This document shows positions 26,201 through 41,199 of a DNA stretch of 64,000 nucleotides, one piece after another. The stretch spans positions 124,806,001 through 124,870,000 of the forward strand of contig OZ024743.1 in the NCBI GenBank assembly GCA_964016885.1. Direction: 5' to 3'. Position 1 is the first letter of the stretch, and every line of letters starts with the position of its first letter. A program made the translations under genes and the position numbers. Origin of the DNA: Eledone cirrhosa (lineage: Eukaryota). The notes under the pieces were generated by a model. That model was given only the letters and a program-made list of their open reading frames with translations, was not told where the DNA came from and ran no database searches.

Positions 26201-26887
26201 TATTTATGCTTGGGCTGTTGTCTTCTTGGAAAGCAGTCTGCTGGTTGCATGTGTTCAGCCTTGTAAGGGAGATACCCCATGATTTGCCATGGAGTGAAGT
26301 TAAGATACAATTCACAATATTAGTTATAGTGATATATATATTAAAGACACAATCACTTTCTAAAAGCCTTGTTTCTGAATCCACGAATGGAGCCAGAATG
26401 TATGGGTTTATAGAACAGTTTCTCCCACTCTCTTCTTGCTTCAATCTATTGCCATTATATCCATGGGAACTAGCTCTCTGATATCATATCTAACAGATTC
26501 ATTGCAAATCTTTCATATTTTAACTGTCACCTATCAGCAGCTATGATCACTGTTTTAGCAATGCCTGCACAGCTTTATCTATATCAACCAATGCTTTTAC
26601 AACCGAGCCATTATAAAATTTACTATATATGCCTAACCAATTGTCTTAAATTTAATAGTGGCATAAATTGGATTGCTAAAGAGGAAAAGATTAATATTTC
26701 AGGCAGTAGTCTTCATCAGAAGAATGATTTCTGATGGTTTGGAAGAGCTTTGCCACAGGTTACCTTGGATCCTTCTCTTTTCCCAATTGCAGCAGTGATT
26801 CTGAACATGTGGCATATGTAAACTCAATATAATCTCTTATTCTAATACTGAGATATATTATACCTGCTTTTACTATTTCTATCTTTA

Positions 26888-27080
26888 CAATAATTGTTTT
26901 TATGTTTGGCATAAGGCCAGCAATTACCCCAGTGCATTACTGGTGCTTTACTTTATTGACCCCGTAAGGATGAAAGGCAAAGTTAACTTCGGCAGGATTT
27001 TAACTCAGAACGTAAAGGGCCATAACTCTATGCTGCAAAGGCATGGTGTCTGATGCTCTATCGATACTGCCAATCCACTG
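26888..27080 (-). mobile_element. tRNA-derived SINE, Meta-like central domain
   Basis: Reverse complement of the 33458 family. Confidence 0.85.
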
Positions 27081-28499
27081 TCCTTTACAATAATAGCCTC
27101 TACATTCAGGCTAATTTTCTACCTCTTTCCAACCACATAAGGACTCTTTCTTCCTACACCAGTATATTACAATAGTCATAACCATTTCCTTTTCTTCTGG
27201 AATTTCCTATTTATATACACCTTCCCTCCCGTCCAATTACTAGTCTTTATCAATTAAAATATCAAACTATTAACTATTGTAACTTCACCCATGTTCCACT
27301 CTTCTCCTCTAGTCAACAGCCTCATTAGGTTTAGTAGGACCTAATGTTACATAGGGAAACTAATGGCTTACATTCAATCTGTTTCTAATTTATTCATCTG
27401 ATCTCACTATCAAGCCTGTACATGTAGGATGTATACATGTGAAATAACTTATCATAGATAATTCTTTAGATACACATTCAGACAATACTGATAACATAGT
27501 TTTCAAATAACGTCAGTTGTTTTTATTTCACACAGTACTTACTTTATATTCTCTCTATACTATAGCTTACTTTATATTATATCCCTAATAAACTTGTGGG
27601 AAGATCAGTCTCTGAGATCTATGTTCATTATCAGTCAACCTTATGACTGACTTGTCATTTTAACTGCGTTATGTTGACCTATATTCAAAGGCATACGTTT
27701 TGACACACACACACAGAGTTGTATCCATGCCTCTGTGGTTAAGAAGTTTGTTTCACAACTATGTGGTTTTAGGTTCTAGTCCACTGCATGATACTTGAAG
27801 CAAGTGTCTTCTACTATAGTCTGAGGTGTCTAGAATTCTACCTTAAAAGTTCCATCTAACCCATGCCAGTATAGAAAAAACAGATGTTGATCATTATGAT
27901 ATATTCAACAATACGTTAGGACCATAGCTAGGTAACTATAAACAGAAAGAAATGTAATATGTTGGATAAACTAACATTTAAATATATTATCAACTGTAAT
28001 AGAACTAAATGTGAAAGCCTAGTGGTTAGGGTGTTAGACTAATGATCATACTGTTGTGGGTTTGATTCTTGGACAGGGTGATATGTTGTGTTCTTGAGCA
28101 AAACACTTCATTTCACGTTGCTCCAGTAGATTCAGCTGAAAATTAGTACCAGTAGTAACTGAAGGTTGTCACCACAGACTGGCTGGCTTCCTGTCCAGTG
28201 GGGAGTCTTGTACTTTCAGTTGCTTAATGCTGATGAAACTAGGATAAGCACCAGCCTGATGGGCTTGGGTATAGAACTAAATACAAGGCTAGAGAGCACC
28301 ATCCATATATGGTAACTATAAACAATTATTAATCAAAGTATTATGTGGAAGTGCAGCTGTAAAAAAATACAGATTGGAAATTATTGATATAGTTACTTAA
28401 ATGTGAAAGTAAGAAACTAAGTTATTGTTTTATAGCATAGATGAATTCTTTTAAAACATAAATAACTATTATGGAAATAACCATGTGAATGTAGAGACA

Positions 28500-28818
28500 T
28501 ATATGGAGTATATCAATATATAAAGAACAAAAATTAACAAATATTTTAAATTAAAGCATTTAATTGATTCATGACTGTTTCTTTAGACTAACAAGAATAT
28601 TCCATTCCTGATAGAATAAACTCTTCAGAATCGATAAATACAAATAATATGTAGCTTGAATGCTCCAGACCTCCAGTGAAAGAACGAAAGACGTAAACAA
28701 TAGCATACAAATTTACCAATTGGATTAAAATCCGAACTGTTTTTTACCTAACTTACTGTGGACTATAAAATCATATTTTCCTTTATACGGTTGTATTATC
28801 AACTCATTTAAACTTGTT

Positions 28819-28822
<4 letters not shown>
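28500..28822 (-). mobile_element. Penelope-like 3' fragment with degenerate hammerhead
   Basis: Minus strand starts YINKFK (like the GIY-YIG terminal FINKFKP.LN) at a TA tract; later GATT-CTGAAGA-long hairpin-GAAA-CAGTCATG-AATC (28632-28566). Confidence 0.6.
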
Positions 28823-28871
<49 letters not shown>

Positions 28872-28940
28872 GAAAAATATGGGGAGAAGAATACTGCATG
28901 GTTGCACATGGATTACATATTATAAAATATATATATATAT

Positions 28941-29545
28941 GGTGGCTGCCAACTCGTTTTCGAGTACGGCCACTACTTTATATCCATATAGGAGAACTTC
29001 TACCGATGTGCTAAACGAGTGTGACTTTTTAGTCCAACCAGCGACTTGTAAACTCTGGTACAAATACTACACTTGTGACAATTATTGACACATAGTGCTG
29101 GGCTCATGGTACCATGTGATGACAAGTGCAGAGAGATCTCCAGATATAAAGCAATGCCTGTGCCGTGAAGCTTTTATAGTGAGCAAAGGCACTGCACAAA
29201 GCCAGTCCCACTTTCTTAACCAAGATGATATTTACCAAAAAGAAGAACAAGTCAACATCATTGGATACCATCAGGGTTGCAGGTGTTATATCAGAGTTTT
29301 CCTTCTCCTAGAATTCTGCCTTGACAAAGGCTAAGGGGTCATCTCTCCCAGTGATTTTGGATGGACATTGACTCTTAAGAGCTCCTTTGCCCTTTGACAG
29401 GTTTTGTTTTTAGTCCTGCAGGATGTCCAAAGTCACCCTCCTCACCAAGAAACCTTGGTGGGGTTGCCAGTTTAGTCGCCAACGACCCGACCATGAGACA
29501 GGTTGTACTGGGATACATGTTACCAGTAGCACCAACTGATGACCT
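28941..29545 (-). mobile_element. ~600-bp non-autonomous RTE derivative, copy 3
   Basis: Same ends and body as copies 1 and 2, again in a TA tract. Confidence 0.8.
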
Positions 29546-30849
29546 ATATATATATACACACACATCCAACTATATTTGCACTTTATATATATATATATAA
29601 AAACTACTCACAGTCCACGCTGTAATGTGATCGTGTAGGTAACACGGTAAAAAGTTCCCAGTTCCACACTGTAAATGTGGTTGGTGTTAGGAAGGGCATT
29701 CAGCCGTAGAAAACCTGCCAGATAGTCCTATACGAGCGAGACATGGTCACCCGACCAACCTTGCCTCAAGTGACACACCTCCCGTCTAACCCATGCTAGC
29801 GTGGAAGATGGACGTTAAACGATGATGATGATGATGATGATGATATAGTACAAATATAGTTGGATGGTCAAGAAGTTCCAACAAGCTGTGAAACATGTAA
29901 TGACAATCTGTATATTTTTCTGTATATGAAGGATATAAATGTTTTCATGTTTGTTTACATTTTAAAAGTAAGACTTATTATTTAAAAGATGTAGTTATAC
30001 CCACATTAAATTAATCTTAGACTTTCTAATACAGATTGTCTTGTGCATAAATATTTATTAAAATAAATAATGTTTCTAAATTTTCTTTTTCTAGAAGGAA
30101 AAAAACATATCTAACAATATCTATATCTTCCATGCATTTTAGTTCTTCTGACAGATCTAAACAGTTTAGAAGTGATTAGTGAGTACCAATCTTAAAATCT
30201 TATATGCTGTCAAGAAGATTATGGCAGTATTTAGCTAATTCAATGATTTGTAGAAGACAAAACATGTTTGTCCATGACAAACAGACCTATCTATGATATA
30301 AACTATGGAAGAAGTAGGAAAAATACTACAAATTCATTTAAAGAAAATGAAAATTACATCATTATGTAAAGTGATTTAAGAAGGAACCAGTATGAGAATT
30401 AATGAATGCAACATAGCCAACTGATTAAGACATTCACTTCAAAACAATGTTTCAGGTTCCAGCCTATTGCATGGTATCTTGAGCAAGTGTCTTAACTTTG
30501 GGCCAACCCAAACCTTGAGAGAAATATTAGATAGAAAGAAACTCTGAAAGCTAGGCAGATGGATTGTAACTGTAATTTGAAGGGCCAGCCTTGTCATGCA
30601 CTGTTATACTAAATCCTGCTGATAATTACATTACAGATACGCATGTCTGTGGAATACTTAGCCACTCACATGCTAATGTAACATGCAGGCTGATGAATCA
30701 AATAATTGGAACATTCAATCAAAACCATTTGCTTTTAGTCTGAATTATATTAAAAATAATTTTGTATTCTTTACTCAGTTTACAAAAGAAAAATTAGTTG
30801 TAGGAAATTATTAAATACAGAAGATAAATGATGCAAAGCATGAAAGCAT

Positions 30850-31995
30850 TATCATTGTCATCACCATCAGTTTTATGTACATTTTTACATGCTTGTATGG
30901 ATTGTACAGGTCTTGTCAAGCACAAATGTTTGTCATGTGTTGCTGTTCTCTGTCATCCACTTTGTGATTTTCATTTTCTTGCAATCTGTCTTTACCACTC
31001 CTTCCCATGTCTTTTTCCTTTCACTTGGATTGTTTGGCACTTCTTTATGAAACTATCATCCTCCATAAGCATTACATGTCCATAGCAGATCAGTTTTCTT
31101 TCTTGTTTACAACATCTGATTCCTCTTATACCTTTTTTTTCTCTCAACTCATCTGGGCTTTGTTGTTCATGTACACTAACAATACACATCCAGAGGAACA
31201 AGCTCGCCTTATTTTTTCCAACCTATTCTTTGCCTTCAGTGCTTGTGTTTCATTACTATGTAATATTGTACTTCATACACAAACATCATACAATTTTTCC
31301 TTTGTTAATCAGCAGACATAATAGCTTCCTGAATTTTTTTCATTAGACAACTACGTTTTCAGAACAACCTCGTCCATTAGTAATTAGGTCACCTAAATAA
31401 CACAAGCTATCAGCTATTTCTATGGACCTTATGAGTTTTTGAAAGAATATACTTCCAAGGTCCTTCCCACTAACTACTCCTCTGCATTTGCCACATATGA
31501 AGTATACCTTCTGTGCCAGCCTGCCTGTGATCCTACTGCACTTTCTATGCACCCATAGTTTACACTGAGTTTACTGTGAAAATGTTCTATCTAATCCTTT
31601 TCTGTGAACCATTTCCCAGATGGCACAAGAGTCCTGCTTGTTTCCTGTTAACTAATTTTTTTTTTTTATCTTTGCTGGTTTTACTTTGAGACCTCTCAGT
31701 TTTAGGTTTGCTTGCATGTTGGTAATTTCTTCTCTGTATCTTCAACAGATTCAGCTAGGAAGTCATCAGCATACAGAGATTTCCATGAACAGCTGGGTTT
31801 AAACTCTCTGTTATAGCTGGGAGAACAAAAAGAAAAATAGAAGGAAGCTGAGAACAAGACTCTAATGACACCTAACTGCATGCCAAATTCCTTAGTAAAC
31901 TTCCTGCTAACTCTTACTTTGCTGACAGCATTTCTCTACATGGCTTGCTTGCCTCTTTCAAGCTATTCACCTACTCCTAGTTTTCTTAGCAACCT
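30850..31995 (-). pseudogene. Old degraded RTE copy
   Basis: Peptide remnants MHRKCSRITGRL..FICGKC, SLCYLGD, GIRGIRCC..ERKLICYGHV; many indels. Confidence 0.8.
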
Positions 31996-33457
31996 CCAAG
32001 TCGAATTGGCAGAATCATTCAAGCATCAGATTAACTGCCTTTGTATTTGTTCCAGCTCTCTTCACTCTATGTTCAAATCAATGTGCAAATAAAAGTATGT
32101 CCCTTTTTTTAAATAATTTGAACAAAACAATTTTCATAGTGTTGCTTTCATAGTGTTGCTAACAGGAATAGGATGTAAATAATCACTCCAAAAATGTTTT
32201 TTTTTTGTTTGTTTTAAACTATCAAAATGGGTTTAGACAAATAGATAACTTTACAAGTGTAGGTTAAAAACCAAGATCATATCTGTTTATCAAAGGTTTT
32301 ATTCAAATTTCCCTTCTTTTCCACTATGTTCATGAATAGAGAAAAATATATTACTATACACACAATGACCTGACATTTTTTACCACAATTCATGCTACAA
32401 CTCACACTAAATATAGAAACCATCTGAAATAATAAGTTGCTGACAGTGAACCCCAGAGATGACTGAAGTATTAATTAATAGTTACTGCCTTCACAAATCC
32501 ACAGAAAGAAGGAAAAAGTATAAAAGAATTTACATACATAATGCAGGAAAAATAAAATGTGTAGGTAGATGATAACTCAGCAATCTATTATGATAATGGT
32601 GACAATAAATATATAAAAACACAACTGTTTATCAAGTAAGTAAGCTGACATATTCCACATGCTTTGAATGTTGATAAGGTAAAGAGTAAGGCAGTAACAC
32701 TAAACACACAAACACAGGTCAGTTAACTCTGCTACCTTAAAGTCTGAATTACAAGCTGGTAATAAGAAATTGTAAAGGAAAACAACATTGTATACACATC
32801 TGCCTTGAAGATCTAAGTATAAATTAAGTAATTACTGAACTGAACTGAACTGTTTATAATAAATGTTTATTGTCACATGTGTAAATTAAGAATAGCCAAA
32901 TGAAACTAGGAAAAGTTCTGTTTTATGTGAAAAAAACATCTGGAAGTTTGTTGGTTTTTTGGGGGTTTTTTTTTCAATAATTAAAATGATTTCAGACATG
33001 CAACATGCAACTCATATGTCTGGAACTGTTTTTCCTGAGTTTTTGAATCTATCATCATAATCATTATCATTTTCTGTATTGTTTTCCATGCCGGCATGGG
33101 TCTCATCACTCAGTAGCAGAGAAAGCTGGCCAATCTTCTTCTGGGGCATTTTATTGTGTCACCAGCACTAGAAAGGTTGTCCCATGTGAGAATACTAAAC
33201 AGTTCCCTCTACCCTGCATCAGTTCTTAATTGGACTTATTATTGACTCTCTTTGATAGATAGCCTATGATATGGCTTGCCGAATTCAGGTCTTATTCATA
33301 CATTCCATTTTTTGGCATAGTCTCTATAGCTGGGTGTCAATCCTATCACCAACACCTATATAGAGTTCTCTGGATGCATTTTATCATGTTACTGGCACTA
33401 TAAAGGCTGTCCTGTGTGGAAAGACAAGATTATATATATATCTCTACATTTTACCAG

Positions 33458-33800
33458 TGGCAGTATCGGTAGAGAGTTGGACACCATGCTTTGAAGCATA
33501 GAGTTACGTCCCTTTACGATCTGAGTTCAAATCCCGCCGAGGTTAACTTTGCCTTTCATCCTTACGGGGTCGATAAAATAAAGTACCAGTAATGTACTGG
33601 GTATTTGCTGGCCTTGTGCCTAACGTAGAAACAATTATTTTAAAATGCTTTGCAGCAAAGAGTTACGGCCCTTTATGGTCTGAGTTCAAATCCCGCCGAG
33701 GTTAACTTTGCCTTTCATCCTTACAGAGTCGAAAAAATAAAGTACCAGTAATGCACTAGGTAATTGCTGGCATTGTGCCTAAAGTAGAAACAATTATTTT
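33458..33800 (+). mobile_element. Two tandem tRNA-derived Meta-like SINEs
   Basis: A-box TGGCAGTATCGG, B-box GAGTTCAAATCC, central GCCTTTCATCCTTACGGGGTCGATAAAATAAAGTACCAG, tail GCTGGCCTTGTGCCTAA.GTAGAAACAATTATT. Confidence 0.88.
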
Positions 33801-34949
33801 AAATTACTGTCCTCTTAAACATGCCTTATTTTTATAGATGACAGTAAATTGTGATTCAAGGATGATTTGGCTGCTATTTCAAGCGACCATAAAGAAGCTC
33901 CATATCAGTAAGTAAAACAGTCTAGCAGTCTATATTTTGGAGTTGAAATTCTGCTATGGTCAATAACATAACTGAAATGAGTGTTTAAAAACTAACATTA
34001 TCTAATATGCTGTTTGTTAAAGATAGCCAATGTTGTCATTTATAGCTAGATTTACTTTTCGGCACAACTGTAGCCAACTACAAATTTGTCATGCAAAATG
34101 TATAATCTAATGTTGTTTGACCAAATAATCCAGTCTTGTTTATAATCATATATTTTATAAATAATAATCCCTGGGAATCTAGGAGACTAGTATTGGTGTG
34201 AATCATCGCATACCAACATACCACACTTTAGATGTTTCATAAACTGGAGAGAATTAAAGGTTTGCTTAGACCAGTAAGCTGCCATTAAATAGCCTTCCAG
34301 TCAAATATATAGACAGGATTGACACAATATCCATGAGATTGCTGTCTTACTGTTGTTCACTAAATCCAGAATGTTGAATTAACACTATGAAACAGTAAAC
34401 AATGTTTTGTGTGTTATCGTAAACTTTAAACATAATCCCAGTTCTTAAGATGGTAACAAAGATTTGCTGGTAACTAATACTGAAATCCTGGTCTCCTATC
34501 TTTGATTCCTAATGTGATGTGATCATTTGCTTCTATACATCATACCAAGTTTCAGAGAACCATGACTGCTCAAAGCCATTAACAAGCAAATAAACAAAAT
34601 GAGCTTTTAGCTGCAGCCAGCTGGGATTGAAATTGTTTACTCAGTTGCACCATATATTATCATGATTTCATAAATCCATTGGAATAAAATCAAATAATCA
34701 TCCATCAATACTTTGATGCCTGTTTTATACACACAACACACAAATGTTTATATATATATGTGTGTTTGTGTATAGAAAGAGAAAGAAAGAAAGATGAGAT
34801 ATTACTAGTTAGGACCAGTAAGATCACTATTAAACTTGATACTCTATACTTAAGCAAAATAGAAGATAGATATTATTATAGGGAATTTTTGCTTGACAGC
34901 TATGCTTGTACTGTTTCAATAGCAAAGTATCCCTATAATACAGACAGAC

Positions 34950-36066
34950 AGTCAGAGATAGTTATAGCACAACTTATCAGGAATCAAGTTAACCTAGATG
35001 AGATGCAGTTCAGCTTTGTGTTGGGTAGAGGTACCATTGATGCTCTCTTCCTCGTCAGACAACTACAGGAGAAGTACTTAGCCAAGAACAAGCTTTTCTA
35101 CCTGGCATTTGGAAAAGCTTTTTGACAGGGTACCCAACTCCATAATTTCTATGGGATTTTATGAAACTAGGAGTAGATGAGTGTCTTGTGAAGGCTATAC
35201 AAGTCATATACAGTGGGACAGTCAGCAAAGTGAGAATTAACAATAAGTATAGTGAGGAATTTGCATGTGGATGGGAATTTACTAGAGCTCTGTCCTCAGC
35301 CCACTTCCATTCATTTTAGTCACCCAGGCCATAACAGGGGAGTTTAAGACTGGCAGCTCATGAGAACTCCCATATACAGATAACTTAGTTTTCATAGTTG
35401 AATCTGCTGCGGAACTAATAAATTCCACACTTGGAAGCAAAACCTGGAATCAAAAGGTCTCAAAGTCAATTTAGCCAAGACTAAATAGGAAAGATAACAG
35501 GGCTGTGAATACATTAAGGAAATGGCCATGTTCCATATACATAAAAGAAGCTTGTAGACATTCTATACAACGTACAGACTGTAAATTATGGATACACAAG
35601 AGATGAAGGGAAATTTTGGTGAGTCTAACAAGGAATGTAGGCTATGTATATGGCAGAAGCACAAGAGCAGTAAGCAGAAAATGCTCACATGAAACAGACA
35701 CTATCAAATGATTTGATGGCTCCTTAGAAGTGGTTGACAGCTTCTACTCCATAGGTGACTTAATTAAGAGTGGGGAGGGGGCCAGGTTCTGAAGGTACAG
35801 TAGTTAAGAGTGAGAACCAGTTAGAAAAGGTTCAGGGAACTACTACCTCTGATGGTTACAAAGGGTTTCTCTCAGAACAAAGAGCAGATTGTATGACACC
35901 TCTGCAAGAATTGAGATGTATGGAAGTGAGACATGAACCTGTGGAGATTGGAAAAAAATAAGGTAAGAATGCATGTATAATAGCATTGTGCATAAGATGA
36001 AGCATCAATGAACTGAGAAGAATTGCCAGAATGGAATGTATGAACATTTAACCTGTCTAGCCTCAG
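34950..36066 (+). pseudogene. Old degraded RTE copy
   Basis: [45 protein letters not shown] and downstream remnants to a GAT tail. Confidence 0.85.
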
Positions 36067-36606
36067 AACATGACAACCAATTTAATCAGTGCAAACCTGG
36101 AAAGCAGACGTAAAACAGTGATGATGGTTTTATATATATATATATATATATAAACACACACACACACACATATATATATATACACACACACACATACGTA
36201 TTTTTACAAGCAATGGAAAACATTCTATCTCAATCTCCTTACTGTTTATTCTGCCCCTGTTTAGCCCAGTTTGTAAAAGCTGACTAGCAACAATTTAAAG
36301 CCATATTTTTACTACTTCCTTTAGCGTCTTTCTCAACTTATCGCAATATTCCATAGTTTAATTGTAGAACAGCTGTTCAACTAATTTTCCCAATCTATTT
36401 CCCACATGCAGTCATAGCTTCTCAGTCTTCCATGCAGTCTTTCAGATAACACTTGATATCTTAACTTCCAAACCATTTACACTTATTGAAGTATAGTTTA
36501 TTCCCTCAATGTTCATGGTACATCAAGCATATCATTCTTACTCTATTCTTTCAACTGCTATTCTAGACAATGTAAACATCAAAACCCTATTAAATATGAT
36601 CTAAAC

Positions 36607-36858
36607 CAGTGTTTCAAATGGTGAGTTCTAAATAACTCTAGTGTTTCATGTACAAGTTCAAGGATTCTGCACGTTAAGGTGTCTTTTAATAAAATTTAAT
36701 TTCTATGAAAAAATTCTCTTTAAAATAATTTTAATTTTATTTAATGTCTTATAAGAATTACTGTGATAGAGACTGTTCATAAATTATAGGTATCAATTCC
36801 AAGACTTTTTGGAGAATCCCATAAGGGTTCTGCAACAAAATAAGTTTGGAAACTACTT
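36607..36858. mobile_element. hAT-type MITE, degraded
   Basis: CAGTGTTTCAAA... / ...TTTGGAAACTACTT ends; flanking 8-mers ATCTAAAC / ATCTAAAT. Confidence 0.5.
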
Positions 36859-37350
36859 ATCTAAATTAATGTTTTACAAAAACAAACAAACAAAGAAGAA
36901 ACCCATTCTATTAGTAATTCTAAATTCACACATGAAACAGTTAGAACCTGGTAGGAAACACTTCATGTAAAACAGTGTCCATGCATATAGTATTAAAACT
37001 GAAATCAAGAAATGTTGTTTCAACTTTGTCAAGTAGAAAAGGAAGAACTTATTTGACTAATGAGAAAGCCTGAAAGTAGAAGCCACAACACATGTAATAT
37101 CTCATGTTTCTTGAGTTCATAAAGAGTTTACCTCAAGTCTTTGCTACAGAGTTAACAGTTATTTCAAATTTTTTTTTGTTGATTTTAACCTTTTTGAAAT
37201 TAATTTTACTTCTTTTTCATTTTATTTAATTTTTTCTATTTGTAATTCTTTCCAATGTATAAAATCATAAATTACAGTAATTTTCCACAACTTCATAACA
37301 GTAATTATAAATGTGCATATGAAGATTGGCAATAAGTCTTAAAATATTAA

Positions 37351-37556
37351 TCTTTTAGCATTTAAACCAGCCATATCCAACCAGAATTTTATTACTTCTT
37401 TCTGTTCAAGCTGACTGTAACCATCCACTCATACTGATGTTAAGGTATTGTTCTCAAAATAAATAATATCAAATTCTCAGATTCGATATTATGTGAGTTA
37501 AAGCCTTTATTTTGAAAATATAATAGTATACATAGAGTAATGTAAATGCTAAAGGA
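37351..37556. mobile_element. piggyBac-type MITE, diverged
   Basis: TTAA-flanked; body matches 39498-39757. Confidence 0.65.
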
Positions 37557-38470
37557 TTAATGAAAAAAAAGAACACAATTTAATATGTTATAACTGTGAA
37601 ACAGAATGTATTAAGTAAGCATTATTCTGCAAATTGTCCAGAAATATTTAAATGATTCATGCCACGGCAGTAAAATGATATCATTGAATTAGTTCTTGTA
37701 AATATACCATATATGTTTGATAATAATATCTATGAACGCCTTCTGACAAACAAAAAAAAGCTTTTGACTTGCACTAGACTTGTTCATGAAGTGATCTTTG
37801 TATAGATTCTACTTCTTGAATTGTCTGACTTCCTCACCAATGATAGCAGAATCTAATGACAGTCAGCTATTAAGGAGGACCACATGAATTCAGTATCTCT
37901 CATTACATTATACTTGTTTTTGACCTCTCTGCAAACCTCTAGTTTTATATCAAAGACCTCATTCTATAATTTTTCATCATACTTCACAACCAAAATAGTA
38001 TCTCCAGCCTAAACCAATACTATCAAGCGAACAAGGGAACCTCTATGTAATCACCAAACCTGCTAGAAATATCAGTCAAATCCTCTTCAAACTATACATC
38101 CTGCCATCTTCAAATGAGGGTACATTAGATAATGTAATCTTGGATATACTCTATCAAGAAATAAGAAAGAGTGGTCACAGTTGAAACACTTTTTACAATA
38201 CAATAGGTCTACTTGATCAAGGTTAATCTTGGACTAAATAACAACAGGACAACAAGCCTTGTAATATTTGTTCTGGCTATCTGTGTTCTGAGTTTAAATC
38301 CCACCAAAGTTAATTTTGCCATTGCCATTTGTCCTTTTGAGATCAATAAAATAAAGTACCAGTTCAGAGTAATGGATTGGCAGAATTGTTAGAGCATCAG
38401 GAAAGGTACTATTGCAGTATTTCTTCTGACTCTTCGAATTCTGAGTTCAAATCCTGTTGTGGTCTGCTTG

Positions 38471-38652
38471 GGCAGTAGACTTAATCCATCACCTAGTTTA
38501 ACACCTCCACTTGACCCTTGGGTGTCTTTAGGGTGGGAGCCAATTCTGTTGCAAGCATTCAGACCAGGTCTCCAGTTTAAGAATACTTTCCTTTCTCATT
38601 CCCGCCTACCTGAAAAAGGTCATGGACACTGCTCTTCACTTCTCTGACTAAA
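38471..38652 (+). repeat. Unclassified old interspersed repeat
   Basis: AGACTTAATCCATCACC.AGTTTA...TCTGACTAAA; relatives at 43945-44128 (+) and 44853-45036 (-). Confidence 0.6.
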
Positions 38653-39497
38653 TGATATGACAACAACAAAACAGACAATATTTCAAGCATGACCCTCAAG
38701 AAACTTAATATGTAGCTGAATGAATCACTACTTTCTAATGGTTAAATTGGCTCGAGACCAGTCTTCTAGAATTGTTGCTACAATAAATAAAGAACCAATC
38801 TAGAGTAGAACCAACTGACAGGAGACCCAGAGGTAGACCATGTTGGTTGGATAACACCCATGAACTCAGTTGGTCTTGCTTGGAGATCCAGTCATATCAA
38901 TTTGAAATGGTTGTTTCTGAGAGGACCCTCTCAAAGGCATGTTTGCAGACTCTGCCCCAGGAGAATGATTGGAGGAGGAGGAGGATCTAGGGTGGTTGAT
39001 TGGCAAACTCACAAGAGCATTAGCCACCATGCCTTGCAGTATCTGTTTGTGTTAGCCATTTCATTACCATATGTCTCCTGTGATTTTCAATAAACTTTGA
39101 AAATAGTCAAATACTTGGATATACTTGGTAATATAACTTTCTCGTTATTTATCTTGTGTTTGATTCTTACATAGAATTATGATGAAAGGTATTAAGATAA
39201 ATATAAATATGGTTTAGAATAAGTACACCATATCCCTGCATGACATAAGTGACTAAAGGGGTGATGGCTGGAAAACATTGCCGCGAAAGTTCCTGTTCCA
39301 GCATGCCAGCATGTAAAAGTTGACATAAAAATGGTGGTAGTGATAATGATGATAAAAACATTAAAACAAACAGTTTTGTATCATAGAACCAGAGGTAACT
39401 TCAGGCTGGTATCATAGAACCAGAGGTAACTTCAGGCTGGTATCGAAAAAGGTTAAAACCCATAGAAGCATGATAGGGCTTAGGTTCTTATCATTAA

Positions 39498-39757
39498 CCC
39501 TTTAACATTTAAACTTGCTGTATCAGGCCAGAATTCTCTCACCTCCTTCTGTTCAAACAGGCCATAATTGGCCTCTCATACTGATGTTAAGGTATTGTTC
39601 TCAAAATAAATAATATAAAAATCTCATAGATTTGATATGTGAAATAATTATGTTTTCTTTATTAACCACAAGGGTATTATGTGAAATAATTATATGAATT
39701 AAAGCCTTTACTGTGAAAATACAATAGTAAATATAGAGTAATGTAAATACTAAAGGG
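39498..39757. mobile_element. piggyBac-type MITE
   Basis: TTAA|CCCTTTAACATTTA ... TAAATACTAAAGGG|TTAA. Confidence 0.8.
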
Positions 39758-41199
39758 TTAAAACATGCAAGAAACCCCTGATGAGATTCAACCTCATGGC
39801 AGGTTGGTTAAACTTACGCAGGTGTGGGCCATATTAACAACTACAATTTGCTTCAAATTTCTTTCATTATTTTACTGACTTCCTATCTTCCCAAATTTCT
39901 GTTACAAAGTTTTATTTCTATAAGTAGTCCTGATATTACAATGAACAACAGTTCTAGTCTTCTACTGCAGTTAGTGATTATAAAAGGTCACTGGCAGTAA
40001 AATAGATACTATTTCTCGAAAGAAATGTTACAAATGATATAAAAACCCAATTCAATCTAATGAATTGAAAACACATTCTGAAGACCAAACCTACTCAAAA
40101 GCTGCCTGTATATTATCAAGGAACTCAAATACAATTCTATATTCAGTACTACGTTACATTTAACTTGTTACTGCTGCTGTAGATGATAAAGTCATTGTAA
40201 CTTTTAGAGTCTCAACTACATGAACACACAACACAAGCACATGCACACACACACATAAGCACATGCACGCACACACTTACAAACACAATACTAAGCAGTT
40301 TTCAAACTAATTAGGACATTTTATTTGATGACTTCAAAAGGACAATTTTCTTTCACAACCCTTGCTAGCAAGGAAAACGGACGTTAAACAATGATGATGA
40401 TATATGAAGGAGGTGAAGTTTGAATCCATAATATATCAGTTATTTTATGTATTTATGTGAGCTGTGTGATTTAAGTGGCTCCTCAGTTGCAGTTTCTGAC
40501 CAATAGAGATAGAGGCCCCACCCATGTCAAATAATGATTTCCTCTCGCTGCTTTCTCTCATGCTAATACAGAAATCTCGGCCCCCCTCTCTCTGTCTCAG
40601 TTTCTGTGTGTGTGTGTAGATGAGCATCAGTGTGTATGAGGAGTAGGGAAGTTTTTATTTGCCTTGTAAATAGGGAAATTAGAAAGCCATAACTCTACAT
40701 CTACTAAAATTGAAGTTCACAAAAATGCTTTTATTTTATTTTAAACAAGTATACACCTATTGTATATGTTCATGTATAAGTTACACCTTTTGTCAATGAA
40801 ATTACAGTGCAAAGAAATGGCATGCAACTTATATATTGGACTTATAAAACCTCGGTTTAAATCAAATACTGAGCCAAGATGGAATAAAACTGCAACTCAA
40901 CTGCTAATATAACTTAAGTATACATGAATATATACTCTATATTTTTTTTATTTCTGTTCTAGCTTATCCACGATGAGTGATTCTGAAAATTTGGATATGT
41001 ACATGTCAATTACTAGAAGTTGCTTTTTTTTTTGTTTTGTTTTTTTCTATATACATTTTATATAGATTCATGACCTTTTATATGAACCAGTCAACCATGA
41101 AGTCAAAGTTATTAATGTGAGAAGGACACTCACCTGAATAGACTGAGTCATGCAGGGTAGTGTTGTTGTTGGTGTTTTCTGTTTGTTTTTCTTTTTTCT

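Noticed and set aside
39378-39444. 31-bp direct duplication
   Set aside because: Simple local tandem duplication with no further structure.
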